A stretch of 53,433 nt of DNA, filler included, from Nitrospiraceae bacterium (GTDB taxonomy: Bacteria > Nitrospirota > Nitrospiria > Nitrospirales > UBA2166): assembly GCA_002726235.1 (NCBI GenBank). It is 3 parts of 3 records of this genome, joined end to end, with 100 filler letters (N's around TTAATTAATTAA, not from the genome) between each part and the next. Parts side by side here need not be neighbours in the genome. Positions count along the whole stretch, not along the records: positions 1 to 30,362 come from PBSN01000022.1; 2 more parts are not named here. The stretch is one strand, 5' to 3'. Positions 1-9,771 of the stretch are shown here, piece after piece. Position 1 is the stretch's first letter; each line of letters begins with the position of its first letter. Under the pieces are notes generated by a model. It was not told the DNA's origin, did not search any database, and saw nothing but the letters and a program-made list of their open reading frames with translations. Both the position numbers and the translations under genes were made by a program.

Positions 1-304
1 TCAGCCAATGCGACAAATCGAAATACGCACTGGATCTGGTCAGATCATGCAGGGATAAATTCGATGCGTTCAGAGCTATCAGGGGCAGACCTCGGTTCTG
101 CTCGATCTGCCCTGCGAAATTTATCTACAACCGATTTCTCAAATCGGATCATGGGAAGGAATGCATCCAAACGTGTGGACTCCAACCAGGGACACATTTT
201 GGACCGATTGGGTCGGATTCAGAACAATCCGGATTTCTACAGAACCACGACTGGGTCAAACATTTTGCAGAGCCAGGAGATTGCGTATAACATATAAGGT
301 GTAC

Positions 305-349
305 TGTGTAAAAGCTCACATTCATTCACACATTTAGATATGATACACA
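305..349. promoter_or_regulatory. Cluster of DnaA-box-like 9-mers (candidate oriC element)
   Basis: TGTGTAAAA (305-313) fits the reverse of TTWTNCACA. TCATTCACA (322-330) and TGATACACA (341-349) each differ by one base. TTATCTACA at 121-129 is one base from TTATCCACA. The region is non-coding and lies just downstream of parB. Confidence 0.4.
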
Positions 350-355
350 TAAGTA

Positions 356-386
356 ATTCATTCATTCATTCATTCATTCATTCATT
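356..386. repeat. (ATTC)7 tetranucleotide tandem repeat
   Basis: Seven perfect ATTC units (356-383) plus ATT, abutting the parB stop codon. Confidence 0.95.
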
Positions 387-1231
387 TAGCGGAGGATAAT
401 CTCAAGAATTCGTTCCAGGTCTTCGAGGGAGTAATAGTCAATAGAAATTCGTCCGCCTTTTGGTCCAGTCGTTAGCTTCGCATTTGTTCCAAGGCGCCGT
501 TTAAGCTGCTCTTCGACATTTGTCGCGTTAGGATCTTTTAGTTTTGCGACCGGGCGAGGCCGTCTTGCTTTTGGCTGAAGAAGCCCCTCGAGGTCTCGTA
601 CAGACAACTTCTCGTGCACCGCCCGTTTTGCCCACGCCTGTTGCTCATCAATATTGGACAGCGAAAGCAGAACCTTGGCGTGCCCCATCGTAAGACTTCC
701 GGATTCCACAAGCTCCTGAACGCCATGTGGCAACGTTAAGAGCCGCAACATATTAGCCACTGATGACCGCGTTTTTCCAACACGCGTTGATAGCTGATCC
801 TGGGTAAGCGAGAACTCTTGAATCAGACGCTGATATGCCCGTGCGACCTCAATGGGAGTCAAGTCTGCACGTTGGATATTCTCAATTAGGGCTAATTCCA
901 TAACCTCATGATCGGAAACCTGCTTGACCATTGCCGGAATGGTGTGAAGGCCGGCGAGAGAGGCCGCTCTCCACCGTCGTTCCCCTGCAATGAGTTCAAA
1001 CTTCTCATCTGGCGTCTCTCGGACCAACACCGGTTGAAGAATTCCATTGTGTTTTATTGATTCCACCAACTCATCAATCTCTGGCTGGGAAAAACGACGT
1101 CGGGGCTGATTCCGATTGGGAATGACGCAATCGACACGAATCTCTTTCCGCTCATCAAGCGTCTCAATGGACAAGAGTGTGTCTTTTGAGAAAATGGCAT
1201 CTAAGCCTCTACCCAACGCTTTCTTTTCCAT
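386..1231 (-). CDS. parB: Chromosome partitioning protein ParB/Spo0J
   Basis: ALGRGLDA N-terminus, NRNQPRRRF, GILQPVLVR, CTP-binding IAGERRWRA, ALIENIQR, and an HTH ending RSSVANMLRLL. Follows parA. Confidence 0.97.
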   Translation of the reverse strand: MEKKALGRGLDAIFSKDTLLSIETLDERKEIRVDCVIPNRNQPRRRFSQPEIDELVESIKHNGILQPVLVRETPDEKFELIAGERRWRAASLAGLHTIPAMVKQVSDHEVMELALIENIQRADLTPIEVARAYQRLIQEFSLTQDQLSTRVGKTRSSVANMLRLLTLPHGVQELVESGSLTMGHAKVLLSLSNIDEQQAWAKRAVHEKLSVRDLEGLLQPKARRPRPVAKLKDPNATNVEEQLKRRLGTNAKLTTGPKGGRISIDYYSLEDLERILEIILR

Positions 1232-1338
1232 TCATAACTCCTCAGGTTGTTTTGATGTTGGCTCAGGGTAAAACGCGAGAAACGCAAAACCAGCACGTAT
1301 AGGGCATACGTGAGGATTCAAGCACCGCACCCGCGCCG

Positions 1339-2136
1339 TCATGAAGCAACAGGAGAGTGACCGGAGAAGTCATGCCCCTTTTCAAGAACCTCATGTGCAA
1401 GTTCGATATATGCCCGCGCGCCAGCGGAATGATTATTGTAGGTCAACACTGGCCGTCCATAGCTTGGAGCCTCAGCGAGAGCGACATTTCTTGGAATCAC
1501 GCTGGCAAAAACCCTGTCAGTAAAGGTCGTTCGTATCTCTTGCGCCACTTGGTTGCAGAGATTGTTCCTCGCATCCAACATCGTCAACAAAATACCTTCA
1601 ATGCTAAGATTTTTATTATAGATCCGGCGGACGCGATTAATATTTTCCATGAGCTGGCCAAGCCCGTGTATGGCGTAATACTCGCACTGAACCGGAATGA
1701 GGACCGACTCTGCAGCCACCAGCGCATTGATAGTGAGAAGCCCAAAAGAGGGAGGACAATCAATCAGAATGAAGTCATGCTGCGCAGCAAGACCAAGGCA
1801 GATATTTTTTAACCTGTTTTCGCGGTGAGGCACATCTACAAGTTCCAATTCAGCGCCAGCCAAGGCAGGGGTTGATGGAATCAGTTTCAGTCCTTCAAGT
1901 GCGGTATCTTGAACAACATCAGATGGCAATTTTGTTTGCCCAATGGCATCATAGATTCCGCCGGCTCCGTTAGATCCGTTCAATCCGATCCCATTGGTTG
2001 CATTGGCTTGCGGATCAAAATCGATCAACAGCACGCGTTTGCCAGCATCTGCAAGCGAGGCCGCGAGATTTACCGCAGTGGTCGTTTTCCCAACGCCTCC
2101 CTTTTGGTTTGCAACGGCAACTACACGTCCCACCAC
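1339..2136 (-). CDS. parA: ParA/Soj family ATPase
   Basis: Deviant Walker A NQKGGVGKTT, DFDPQANAT, IDCPPS, PVQCEYYA, IPRNVALAEAPSYG. Confidence 0.97.
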   Translation of the reverse strand: MVGRVVAVANQKGGVGKTTTAVNLAASLADAGKRVLLIDFDPQANATNGIGLNGSNGAGGIYDAIGQTKLPSDVVQDTALEGLKLIPSTPALAGAELELVDVPHRENRLKNICLGLAAQHDFILIDCPPSFGLLTINALVAAESVLIPVQCEYYAIHGLGQLMENINRVRRIYNKNLSIEGILLTMLDARNNLCNQVAQEIRTTFTDRVFASVIPRNVALAEAPSYGRPVLTYNNHSAGARAYIELAHEVLEKGHDFSGHSPVAS

Positions 2137-2267
2137 ATTTCCCTTCCCTCACCTAGATACGAGCTGTAGATTCCCGCAATGTTCACCGTATGGCATTGAG
2201 ACGAGAAGTCACACACAGCCAGACGAAATGCACAAAAACTCATAAAATCAAAACCCCCAATATATAG

Positions 2268-2302
2268 TATGCCATATACTGCGTGGCGCAATATATGGTA
2301 TA
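2268..2302. other. Imperfect inverted repeat between mnmG and parA (possible terminator or operator)
   Basis: TATGCCATATACTGCG-TGG-CGCAATATATGGTATA, 16-bp arms with 2 mismatches. Confidence 0.4.
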
Positions 2303-2358
2303 AATCGAGCATTTAGGCATCGCCATTCCGTCAAATGGCATCCTACCACAGGATGGGG

Positions 2359-4305
2359 TCAAACGGAACCAGATTGTTCCACGTGGAACAATTTTTCTCT
2401 TCCGCCTGCCTCCTTTAGGCGTTTATCCTTCTCGATCGAGATCATGAGGAGGGAAATTGCGGCAGGAGTCATGCCAGAAATGCGAGAGGCCTGCCCAATA
2501 GAATGCGGCCGAATAGACTTCAGTTTTTCCAGTGCTTCAGATGAAAATCCAAGCACGTCGTCATAATTGAAATCGCCCGGAATTACCTGCCGCTCAATCT
2601 TCTTGAATTTGGAGATCTGCGCCACCTGCCTCTGAATGTAGCCATCGTATTTTATGCGATTGTCAATTTCCGCAATAATCTCTGCCTCAGTAATGCGCCC
2701 TGGCTCCAAAGCAGCAAACAACCGCTCATAGCCAACATCAGGCCGCCTCAATATCTGTGCCAGCGAAAGGGGAGAGGTCGGGCCATTTATCCCTGCCTCG
2801 TGAAGTTTGGATTGACCTGCCGCGTAAAAGCCAACTCGAGTCGATTCTAACCACTGTATTTCGGCCTCAATGGCCGCAAGTTTCTGCTCGACCCGCCGGT
2901 ACGCATCTTCCGAGACCAAACCAAGGCGAAACCCATGCTCCATGAGCCGGTGGTCTGCATTGTCCTGCCTCAATAGCAATCGATACTCGGCACGCGAGGT
3001 AAACATGCGATACGGTTCTGAGACATCCTGTGTAATTAGGTCGTCGATGAGAACCCCGATATATGCCTGGGAACGATCGAGGATGACTGGTGGTTGTTCC
3101 TTAATCTTCATCGCTGCATTAATTCCAGCCATTAATCCCTGAGCTGCCGCCTCCTCATATCCAGAAGTCCCGTTGATTTGCCCCGCATGATACAAACCTT
3201 CAACAAGCTTGGTTTCCAATGTTGGGTGCAATTGCCTCGGAGGGAAATAATCGTATTCGATCGCATACCCTGGCCGAATAATATGCGCATGCTCTAACCC
3301 TGGAATACTTCGGACAAACGCGATCTGCACATCAATGGGAAGGCTAGTTGATATGCCATTGGGATAATACTGGTTTGTTACAAGTCCTTCTGGCTCAACA
3401 AATACCTGATGCCCCGATCGACCCGGAAACCGCACCACTTTATCTTCGATCGACGGACAATATCGCGGGCCAATCGCATCGATGGCACCGCTGTATATCG
3501 GCGACCTGTCCAAATTGTCTCCAATGATTCGATGCGTTTCCTCAGTGGTATAGGTGAGGTGACAGCATCGCTGTGGATTCATAATACGTTCCGTCCGGTA
3601 TGAAAACGGTTTTGGTGGATCATCACCAAACTGCGTGGTCATAACGTCAAAGTCTATGGAATCCTTATCGAGGCGTGGAGGTGTGCCAGTTTTGAGCCGC
3701 CCAACCGCAAAACCAAGATCACGCATACAATCAGACAGCAATTCCGCTGACGCCTCGCCAGCTCGCCCAGAGGGGAAATGATTCATCCCAATATGGGCTA
3801 ATCCCTTGAGAAATGTTCCGGATGTCATGACGACAGCTTTCGCGCCGAAATGTATTTTTCGCCCACCTCTATCTCTGCTTGTCAGCCCACAGACCCTCGC
3901 TCCTTTAACGAGCAACCGCTCAACCGTTCCCTCAGCAATTTCCAGCAGAGGTTGCTGGTCTAATGTGCGTTGCATCCCCTGCTTATACATATCCATGTCT
4001 GTCTGTACTCGCAACGCCCGAACTGCCGGCCCCTTGCTCATATTCAACATGCGAAACTGTATCCCGGCGTAGTCCGTGTTGTGCCCCATTTCACCACCTA
4101 ACGCATCTATCTCCTTTACTAAGTGGCCTTTGGCAATACCGCCAACTGCTGGATTGCAAGACATTTGAGCAATCCTGTCGATCGTCATAGTGAGAAGAAG
4201 CGCCCGGCACCCCATTTTTGCCGCAGCCAAGACCGCCTCGCATCCTGCGTGCCCCCCCCCAATCACAATGACATCATATGCCCGATCGAACGAAGAAATA
4301 CTCAT
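2359..4305 (-). CDS. mnmG: tRNA uridine-5-carboxymethylaminomethyl(34) synthesis enzyme MnmG (GidA)
   Basis: FAD motif [79 protein letters not shown]. Confidence 0.98.
   Translation of the reverse strand: MSISSFDRAYDVIVIGGGHAGCEAVLAAAKMGCRALLLTMTIDRIAQMSCNPAVGGIAKGHLVKEIDALGGEMGHNTDYAGIQFRMLNMSKGPAVRALRVQTDMDMYKQGMQRTLDQQPLLEIAEGTVERLLVKGARVCGLTSRDRGGRKIHFGAKAVVMTSGTFLKGLAHIGMNHFPSGRAGEASAELLSDCMRDLGFAVGRLKTGTPPRLDKDSIDFDVMTTQFGDDPPKPFSYRTERIMNPQRCCHLTYTTEETHRIIGDNLDRSPIYSGAIDAIGPRYCPSIEDKVVRFPGRSGHQVFVEPEGLVTNQYYPNGISTSLPIDVQIAFVRSIPGLEHAHIIRPGYAIEYDYFPPRQLHPTLETKLVEGLYHAGQINGTSGYEEAAAQGLMAGINAAMKIKEQPPVILDRSQAYIGVLIDDLITQDVSEPYRMFTSRAEYRLLLRQDNADHRLMEHGFRLGLVSEDAYRRVEQKLAAIEAEIQWLESTRVGFYAAGQSKLHEAGINGPTSPLSLAQILRRPDVGYERLFAALEPGRITEAEIIAEIDNRIKYDGYIQRQVAQISKFKKIERQVIPGDFNYDDVLGFSSEALEKLKSIRPHSIGQASRISGMTPAAISLLMISIEKDKRLKEAGGREKLFHVEQSGSV
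2375..2390. promoter_or_regulatory. parS centromere-like site inside the 3' end of mnmG
   Basis: Perfect palindrome TGTTCCACGTGGAACA, extending to ATTGTTCCACGTGGAACAAT (2373-2392). Matches the widespread parS consensus and lies about 240 bp upstream of parA. Confidence 0.9.
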
Positions 4306-4310
4306 TCTTT

Positions 4311-4550
4311 TTACAAACCCTTGTGCGCCCCATCGCAGAACGGTATGTTTTTTGAATACTTACACATACATACCCAAACTTTTGTCTCTTCCTCAAGCAC
4401 GAATGCTTTCGGCGTAAACTCCGTCCCTTGGTGAGATCCATCGCAAAATGGTTGAGTCACAGATCGACCGCAATGGCACCAATAGTATGTTCCCGCTTCA
4501 AGCGTGAGAATTACCGGTTTCTTCGCTACAATATTTGGCTTCTCCATCAT
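4311..4550 (-). CDS. CDGSH iron-sulfur domain protein (two CDGSH motifs)
   Basis: [17 protein letters not shown] and [16 protein letters not shown]. Start placed at ATG 4550 (ORF track extends to 4589). Confidence 0.92.
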   Translation of the reverse strand: MMEKPNIVAKKPVILTLEAGTYYWCHCGRSVTQPFCDGSHQGTEFTPKAFVLEEETKVWVCMCKYSKNIPFCDGAHKGL

Positions 4551-4722
4551 GCTAGCTTCTCCGGTTGACAGTTTCCGTATTAATATCAAACACTTACGCC
4601 CGCAACGGCTCGTTCAAAGCCCGGCGAGACCTCTCCCAGTTGCCCTTGCCAAAGCCCTTGGATCAGTCATGGGAACAAACCGCTCGAGCGTAAAAAATGG
4701 TCGATGGGGCAAGTTATAAAAA

Positions 4723-5136
4723 TTAATGCTGCTCCCTGACCAAATTCTTATTCCAGGCAGGAATTTCAACGACGAGGTTCTGAGTTCCGTTGGGTACACA
4801 TTGGCAACTCAACCGTGACTGCAAACTTACACCTGGCGCTTCGTCAAGTTGATCATACTCATCATCGGTGCCTTCGTTGCAAGAGTCGATGCCCTCTTTC
4901 ACAATCACATGGCAGGTCGCACACGCACAAACCCCGCCGCAGGCATGCTCAATGTCAACGCCAAAAGCCAGTGCAATATCCAAAATGCTCCCAGGCTGTC
5001 CCGTGTGCCCATAGGGAATTTTCGCGGGATCAACCTGCACCTCGACGCGCAAATCTGAACCAATAAAATTTATGGTATACGGTTGCGTTGCGGCGTCAAT
5101 ATCACTCTGTTCGATGTACGGATTGCTTCCAGCCAT
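4723..5136 (-). CDS. fdx: [2Fe-2S] ferredoxin, ISC/adrenodoxin type
   Basis: IEHACGGVCACATCHV and SRLSCQ ligand pattern. Confidence 0.9.
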   Translation of the reverse strand: MAGSNPYIEQSDIDAATQPYTINFIGSDLRVEVQVDPAKIPYGHTGQPGSILDIALAFGVDIEHACGGVCACATCHVIVKEGIDSCNEGTDDEYDQLDEAPGVSLQSRLSCQCVPNGTQNLVVEIPAWNKNLVREQH

Positions 5137-5209
5137 TCTGTCGTTGTCCTTGTTCGAATTGTTGTAAAAATAATTTACTGTAGTCAGCCGATATCGATAA
5201 GAGAGTTGA

Positions 5210-5242
5210 GCGGTATTATACCGCGCTTCGCACAGGCGTGAA
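5210..5242 (-). promoter_or_regulatory. Candidate sigma70 promoter for fdx with a palindrome over the -10 box
   Basis: Minus strand TTCACG-16 nt-TATAAT (5242-5237, 5220-5215). The palindrome GCGGTAT-T-ATACCGC spans 5210-5224. Confidence 0.4.
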
Positions 5243-5423
5243 TACGATTACAGCACGAGGTGCCAAGATATTATGCAGTAGCGACAAAATCGATCTATAG
5301 CCAGCGCACTGCTCCACATTTTTTTGCCCTCTATATATTTTTCTTACGTAAATTCCACAGCGAGTTCCTGCGCAAGACGATGTATCCTAAAACGAATGAA
5401 GACGCTCGAACTTTGAAGATTTT

Positions 5424-6338
5424 TTACCACGCCTCTGCTCGAAAACTTCGCGGTTGCAGGCCGGCTTGTGCGAGTCCTTCGGTTAACTGACGACATACTT
5501 CCTTACTCCCACATAGGCGAACATGCTCGTTCAAAATATTCGGCACAATTTCAAGCAGTGGTTCGAGACTGATCCTTTGCTTTCCATTTTGTTGCTCACC
5601 GATGTTCATAATTCGTCCTGTTCCATGGCTCCAATCATCCGGCCACTCGCGTGTCAATACAGGATGATAGGCAAAGTTTTGAGGCCATTCCGCTACCATC
5701 TCTTGCAACTCCTCGTGCGCCATCAATTGTCTGTGATTTTTCACGCTGACCACCACGCGGTAATACCCTCCAGCGCAAACACTATTACGTCCAAAATTCA
5801 ACGCCTTCATATGGCGAATATGCGCGAGAAATGGCGTAATTCCTGTCGAAAGAGCAATGCCGAGAAAGCGCATGGTTGGCCACTCATCATCTGGCTCAAG
5901 CCGAAGATTTGAATTTTCAATCGATGAACAGTGTTCGTATGGAGCAAGCGCAGTCCCGTCCGGCGTCAAATTCAGGAGAACAGGAATCGTCTCCCCAGCT
6001 GACTGGAAAGCTGTGACGTCAGCAGTCTGCCACCAGACAGAGGTGTCAGCCTTCTCCGCGTGGGTATCATTGATAATGGTTTGGAGAACCCCCTTGGCAT
6101 TAATCGACGGATTCGATCTGGTATACATACGTCGCCGCTGTCGCCCAGTCCTTGCCCCAAAGGGTTTTGCAAGAAATGCCGTTCCAGGACGCATCTCGTC
6201 AATGACCGGATAAACCTTTCCATCAATTTCATACTCTTGAGGCAAGGTGAGTTCGATGTTCCGAATTTCGCTTGGATCAATGACCGTTAGATCTGTGATG
6301 GTTGCAGGAACAAAGATCTCTCTCACGGTCACCCGCAA
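5424..6338 (-). CDS. Ferredoxin-NAD(P)+ reductase-like flavoprotein (divergent)
   Basis: RMYT (RxYS/T FAD motif), LSTGITPF, YHPVLTRE, LCGS and an aromatic C-terminus (FRAEAW), as in the FNR superfamily. Confidence 0.65.
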   Translation of the reverse strand: MRVTVREIFVPATITDLTVIDPSEIRNIELTLPQEYEIDGKVYPVIDEMRPGTAFLAKPFGARTGRQRRRMYTRSNPSINAKGVLQTIINDTHAEKADTSVWWQTADVTAFQSAGETIPVLLNLTPDGTALAPYEHCSSIENSNLRLEPDDEWPTMRFLGIALSTGITPFLAHIRHMKALNFGRNSVCAGGYYRVVVSVKNHRQLMAHEELQEMVAEWPQNFAYHPVLTREWPDDWSHGTGRIMNIGEQQNGKQRISLEPLLEIVPNILNEHVRLCGSKEVCRQLTEGLAQAGLQPRSFRAEAW

Positions 6339-6505
6339 ACTTTCCGTCGATGTCGTAAGGGCATATTCACCAGCACGCTAGAAAACTCTGTTGCAGCAAT
6401 GCAACCGTGCGTGTAGCATGCACCGAGTACTCGTCCCGAAGACCGCAGGGCCTGACAAACATCCAGACACCAGCAAAACCATCGCCGCTGTAATGCTAAA
6501 GAATC

Positions 6506-7081
6506 ATGATTGTCCCGACACACTTCTGTAGCCTGTGCGGCGCACCCACATCACTCAGGGTTCCTTTCGGCGATGATCTCCCTCGATTTGTATGCAATGC
6601 CTGCGAGCACATTCACTACCAAAATCCTAAAATTGTTGTCGGAACCATTCCTCAGTGGGAAGACCACATCCTGCTCTGCCGCCGAGCAATCGAACCCGGT
6701 TATGGTCAGTGGACACTCCCCGGTGGTTTCATGGAAAACGGGGAAACCGTTGAACAAGGTGCGATAAGAGAAACATTGGAGGAATGCGGAGCCGAGGTCG
6801 ACATCACTTCACTCTTTTCGATCTACAGTCTTCCCCGCATCAGTCAAGTCTATATGATGTTTTGTGCAAACATGCGCGATGCAACTTTTACCGGAGGAGG
6901 GGAAACCCTTGAAGCAAAGCTATTTCGCCACGATGCTATTCCGTGGGATGCACTCGCATTTCGCGTCATACACGCCATCATGAATCACTATATCGACGAC
7001 GCCGCACACAACAGTTTCTCCATTCACATCGGAACAATTCTCCCCTCATCCGATGAACCTCTTGCCTCTCACGCGCCATGA
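6506..7081 (+). CDS. NUDIX hydrolase with N-terminal zinc ribbon
   Basis: FCSLCG and CNAC zinc ribbon, YQNPKIVVG, Nudix box GGFMENGETVEQGAIRETLEECG. Confidence 0.93.
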   Translation: MIVPTHFCSLCGAPTSLRVPFGDDLPRFVCNACEHIHYQNPKIVVGTIPQWEDHILLCRRAIEPGYGQWTLPGGFMENGETVEQGAIRETLEECGAEVDITSLFSIYSLPRISQVYMMFCANMRDATFTGGGETLEAKLFRHDAIPWDALAFRVIHAIMNHYIDDAAHNSFSIHIGTILPSSDEPLASHAP

Positions 7082-7522
7082 AACTCCCTAGATTGTCAGG
7101 TGGTCTCTGTCCAGGAGTTGTCCAGAACACTCGATCCGATGAACACATTCTGGACGAATACACATTGAGAGCTTCACAATACAACGAAAAATTGACCCAC
7201 GGTTCCGCTGTACACAGAAAATCGAAATCCTAAACGTTGATATACGGGAGTAAAGAGAATCACGTTGCGGTAGAGCCAAGCTCAAGCCGCCTGATCATTC
7301 CACGTTATACATCGCGAATGGTCGATTGAAACTTTACTACGCCATCTGCGGAAATCTCATCCTCTGCATGGCCAGTTTTGCCATGTTCGTGAGATCCTCC
7401 TCGATTTCCCACAAGCCGCAAAATCACAATCCTCGCCTATATCTCGCACATCACACCATCGCCCCAATGATCATTTAGCGGTGAGGTGTCCGAATTTTCC
7501 CTGCTTTTTCAATGAAGTTGTA

Positions 7523-7864
7523 TCAATCATAATGCACCGCGAGCCAGATCGTTTCCTGAGTATCATCCGTCCATTCGACCCGGTGTTTTCTGTGCGCATT
7601 GATGGTGACATAATCGCCTGGTTTGAGAACAATCAGTTCGTCGATGTCTTCAAATAAGATTCCCGCCCTACCCTTGAGAAGTATCACCCACTCGTTTATA
7701 TCCTGGCACAACCACGTGTCCTTCGGTGTCGAATGTCCCTTGGATATGATGCGCTCAACGCGCCAGTGCCGCCCTGCAATAACATCCTCGAATACCTCCT
7801 CGGACAGATGAGGAGGGATGTTTGAAAATAGGTTACCCCCATCCACCTCCCTGACCTTCCTCAT
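7523..7864 (-). CDS. Cupin domain protein
   Basis: VERIISKGH, EWVILLKG, LKPGDYVTINAHRKHRVEWT, TIWLAVHY. Start placed at ATG 7864 to avoid overlap with the upstream gene. Confidence 0.8.
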   Translation of the reverse strand: MRKVREVDGGNLFSNIPPHLSEEVFEDVIAGRHWRVERIISKGHSTPKDTWLCQDINEWVILLKGRAGILFEDIDELIVLKPGDYVTINAHRKHRVEWTDDTQETIWLAVHYD

Positions 7865-7926
7865 ATTCTCTGTAATCCCTGAAAGCACACTTCCCGGAGG
7901 ACAGGTCGCACTTTTGGCTGGGTTAA

Positions 7927-8757
7927 TCAAAAAAATCCGAAAAAATCCTTCAAGGAAAAAATAACTCGCCAAGTGATCAGTGGCGTAAAATCCCCATCGG
8001 ATCTTCGCTCCACCCCGTGTCCAAGTTGGACAGTATACTGTTCTGCAAAATGAATATGCACTTGCGGCATGATCATCGCCTCCTGGATCCCGGAGCTCTG
8101 GAAGGAAAAATTGGTTTCAAGGCCAGAAACGAGCCAGGAGGTGGTGTTATGAAAGAGGCTGAAATTGTACAATCCCGACACTCCCTTAGCATCGCGATCT
8201 ATTCCCTTAGTATCGCCATCTACTCCCTCAATTTTACCACCTTCGCTCTTATCATTTTGCTGCACTCCCATCATGTGCATCATACTCCACTCCCTGTTTA
8301 ACCGGTGACCAACCAAGTAGAGGGCAGTACTTTTAAACGTCTTCTTGTGGGTGTCGAGTTTCCCAAAATATTGCCATCCATGAACCAAGTGTCCATCAAC
8401 GGGTGTGCCGAAGAGACCTTGGAAGGCAACCTTATGCGCATTTGTCGCGTCATCTTTTAAGATTCGCTCGTATTCGATGCCGAATCCGTCTAAAACGGCA
8501 AGCTCAAATTCTGGGGCGATATCCAGTTTCCCTCCTTCACTGCCCATTGACTGCTGGAACAGGGAGTTTATCTCGAAGTCGCCACCTACGGAGCCAAGAG
8601 GTCGGACTAAGTCAAACACCATGGGCTCTGGAATGCGAGGAAATTTATCCTCATGCACACCAACGGCAAAGGCTGGAGACCCACCAATCCACTGCATCAC
8701 CACAAGAAAAAGCACTGTACGCAAAACCCCAATCGCCACGGTTATAACTACAGTCAC
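7927..8757 (-). CDS. Hypothetical exported protein, probable outer-membrane beta-barrel
   Basis: Signal-like N-terminus ending AFA, IPEPMVFDLVRPLG segment, alternating beta-strand pattern, aromatic-rich C-terminus. Start uncertain. Confidence 0.55.
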   Translation of the reverse strand: MTVVITVAIGVLRTVLFLVVMQWIGGSPAFAVGVHEDKFPRIPEPMVFDLVRPLGSVGGDFEINSLFQQSMGSEGGKLDIAPEFELAVLDGFGIEYERILKDDATNAHKVAFQGLFGTPVDGHLVHGWQYFGKLDTHKKTFKSTALYLVGHRLNREWSMMHMMGVQQNDKSEGGKIEGVDGDTKGIDRDAKGVSGLYNFSLFHNTTSWLVSGLETNFSFQSSGIQEAMIMPQVHIHFAEQYTVQLGHGVERRSDGDFTPLITWRVIFSLKDFFGFF

Positions 8758-9013
8758 GCAAACAAAAATTGCTGTGGCAAAAGGAGCGTGCTCAGCGGCG
8801 ATTCATCTAGTGGACGGATTGACTCGTGAGAATGTGCCAACAGCGCCGTAGCAAGCGCGTCTCCACGACCCCCATCCCAGGAACAAACAAGAGTTTGTGG
8901 CCCACCTTCACAGCCAATCCCTTGCTCTCGGTAATCACGGCATAGGCAGAAAGACACCCATCGCTGATGCCAGTCACAGATCTCATTCTTTTGTTGCGTC
9001 TTGCTCCACGGCA

Positions 9014-9457
9014 TCACGGTCCCTGCAATTCATTCCGGAGTTCATCCAATTCTCTCTTGAGGTCCTCTTCGGTTTGGGGAGAGACCCCTGCAAAGTGGAC
9101 TGCTTTTTCACCGTTAAGATGAGCAGGCGTCAAAGCGTATGTTCCGCGTATTGATACAGTCCAGATGCGACAAGCAGCAATCCCGTCGGCACCAGTGAGG
9201 ACATAGGCGATGCTTCCGGCAACTCCACCAAGCATTGCGTATGTCATTTTTGCCGGTGTGTAAAACATATTGGCAAAAAAAGCGCCGAGCTCAGCGCCCT
9301 CCTCATAGACTTCAGACTCTGCGTGGACAAACGGAACCATGAAAAGCTGGCAGGCCAGCAGTAGCAAAACGACCACCGTGAGGACTCTCTTTGTCGGCAA
9401 TACCATTGGTTTGATCTCCCTGATCGTCACCGATTTGTACTCCTCATCATACCGCAC
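9014..9457 (-). CDS. Hypothetical exported/membrane protein
   Basis: Signal peptide ending VHA-E, then a Gly/Ala-rich hydrophobic segment (YTPAKMTYAMLGGVAG). Start uncertain. Confidence 0.6.
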   Translation of the reverse strand: MRYDEEYKSVTIREIKPMVLPTKRVLTVVVLLLLACQLFMVPFVHAESEVYEEGAELGAFFANMFYTPAKMTYAMLGGVAGSIAYVLTGADGIAACRIWTVSIRGTYALTPAHLNGEKAVHFAGVSPQTEEDLKRELDELRNELQGP

Positions 9458-9771
9458 AGCGATACTCCTACATTTTCATGAACTCATTGCCTGTTCCCCT
9501 CACTTAGATAGCAAGCACACTACGCCACCACAATAATGCTGGCTCACCCACAAACTTGTGCACACCATCAACAGCACAACAGGTTATTCTGCCTTAGCAG
9601 TGTACGCTAAAAATGTTATAAATCACACCGACGGTGGTGATGTCATTATCGTTATTCGTGGGAGCCTTTCCCGACACACCGAGATACACTCCAAATGCCA
9701 ATAAAGCTCTCCAAAGAGAAAACCGCAGGGAGAGAAATATTCATGCTCCCATATAACCTCATCGACAAAAA

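Noticed and set aside
64..297. 77-aa ORF downstream of parB
   Set aside because: No recognisable motif or ribosome-binding site. The region looks non-coding.
7082..7522. Possible small peptide (MAKLAMQRMRFPQMA after GAGGAGG, minus strand) or gene remnant
   Set aside because: Too short to support without conservation data, and the Shine-Dalgarno spacing is long.
9530..9771. Pho boxes upstream of the porin-pstS pair
   Set aside because: Isolated TGTCAT/TGTTAT-like words occur but not as clear 11-bp-spaced direct repeats.
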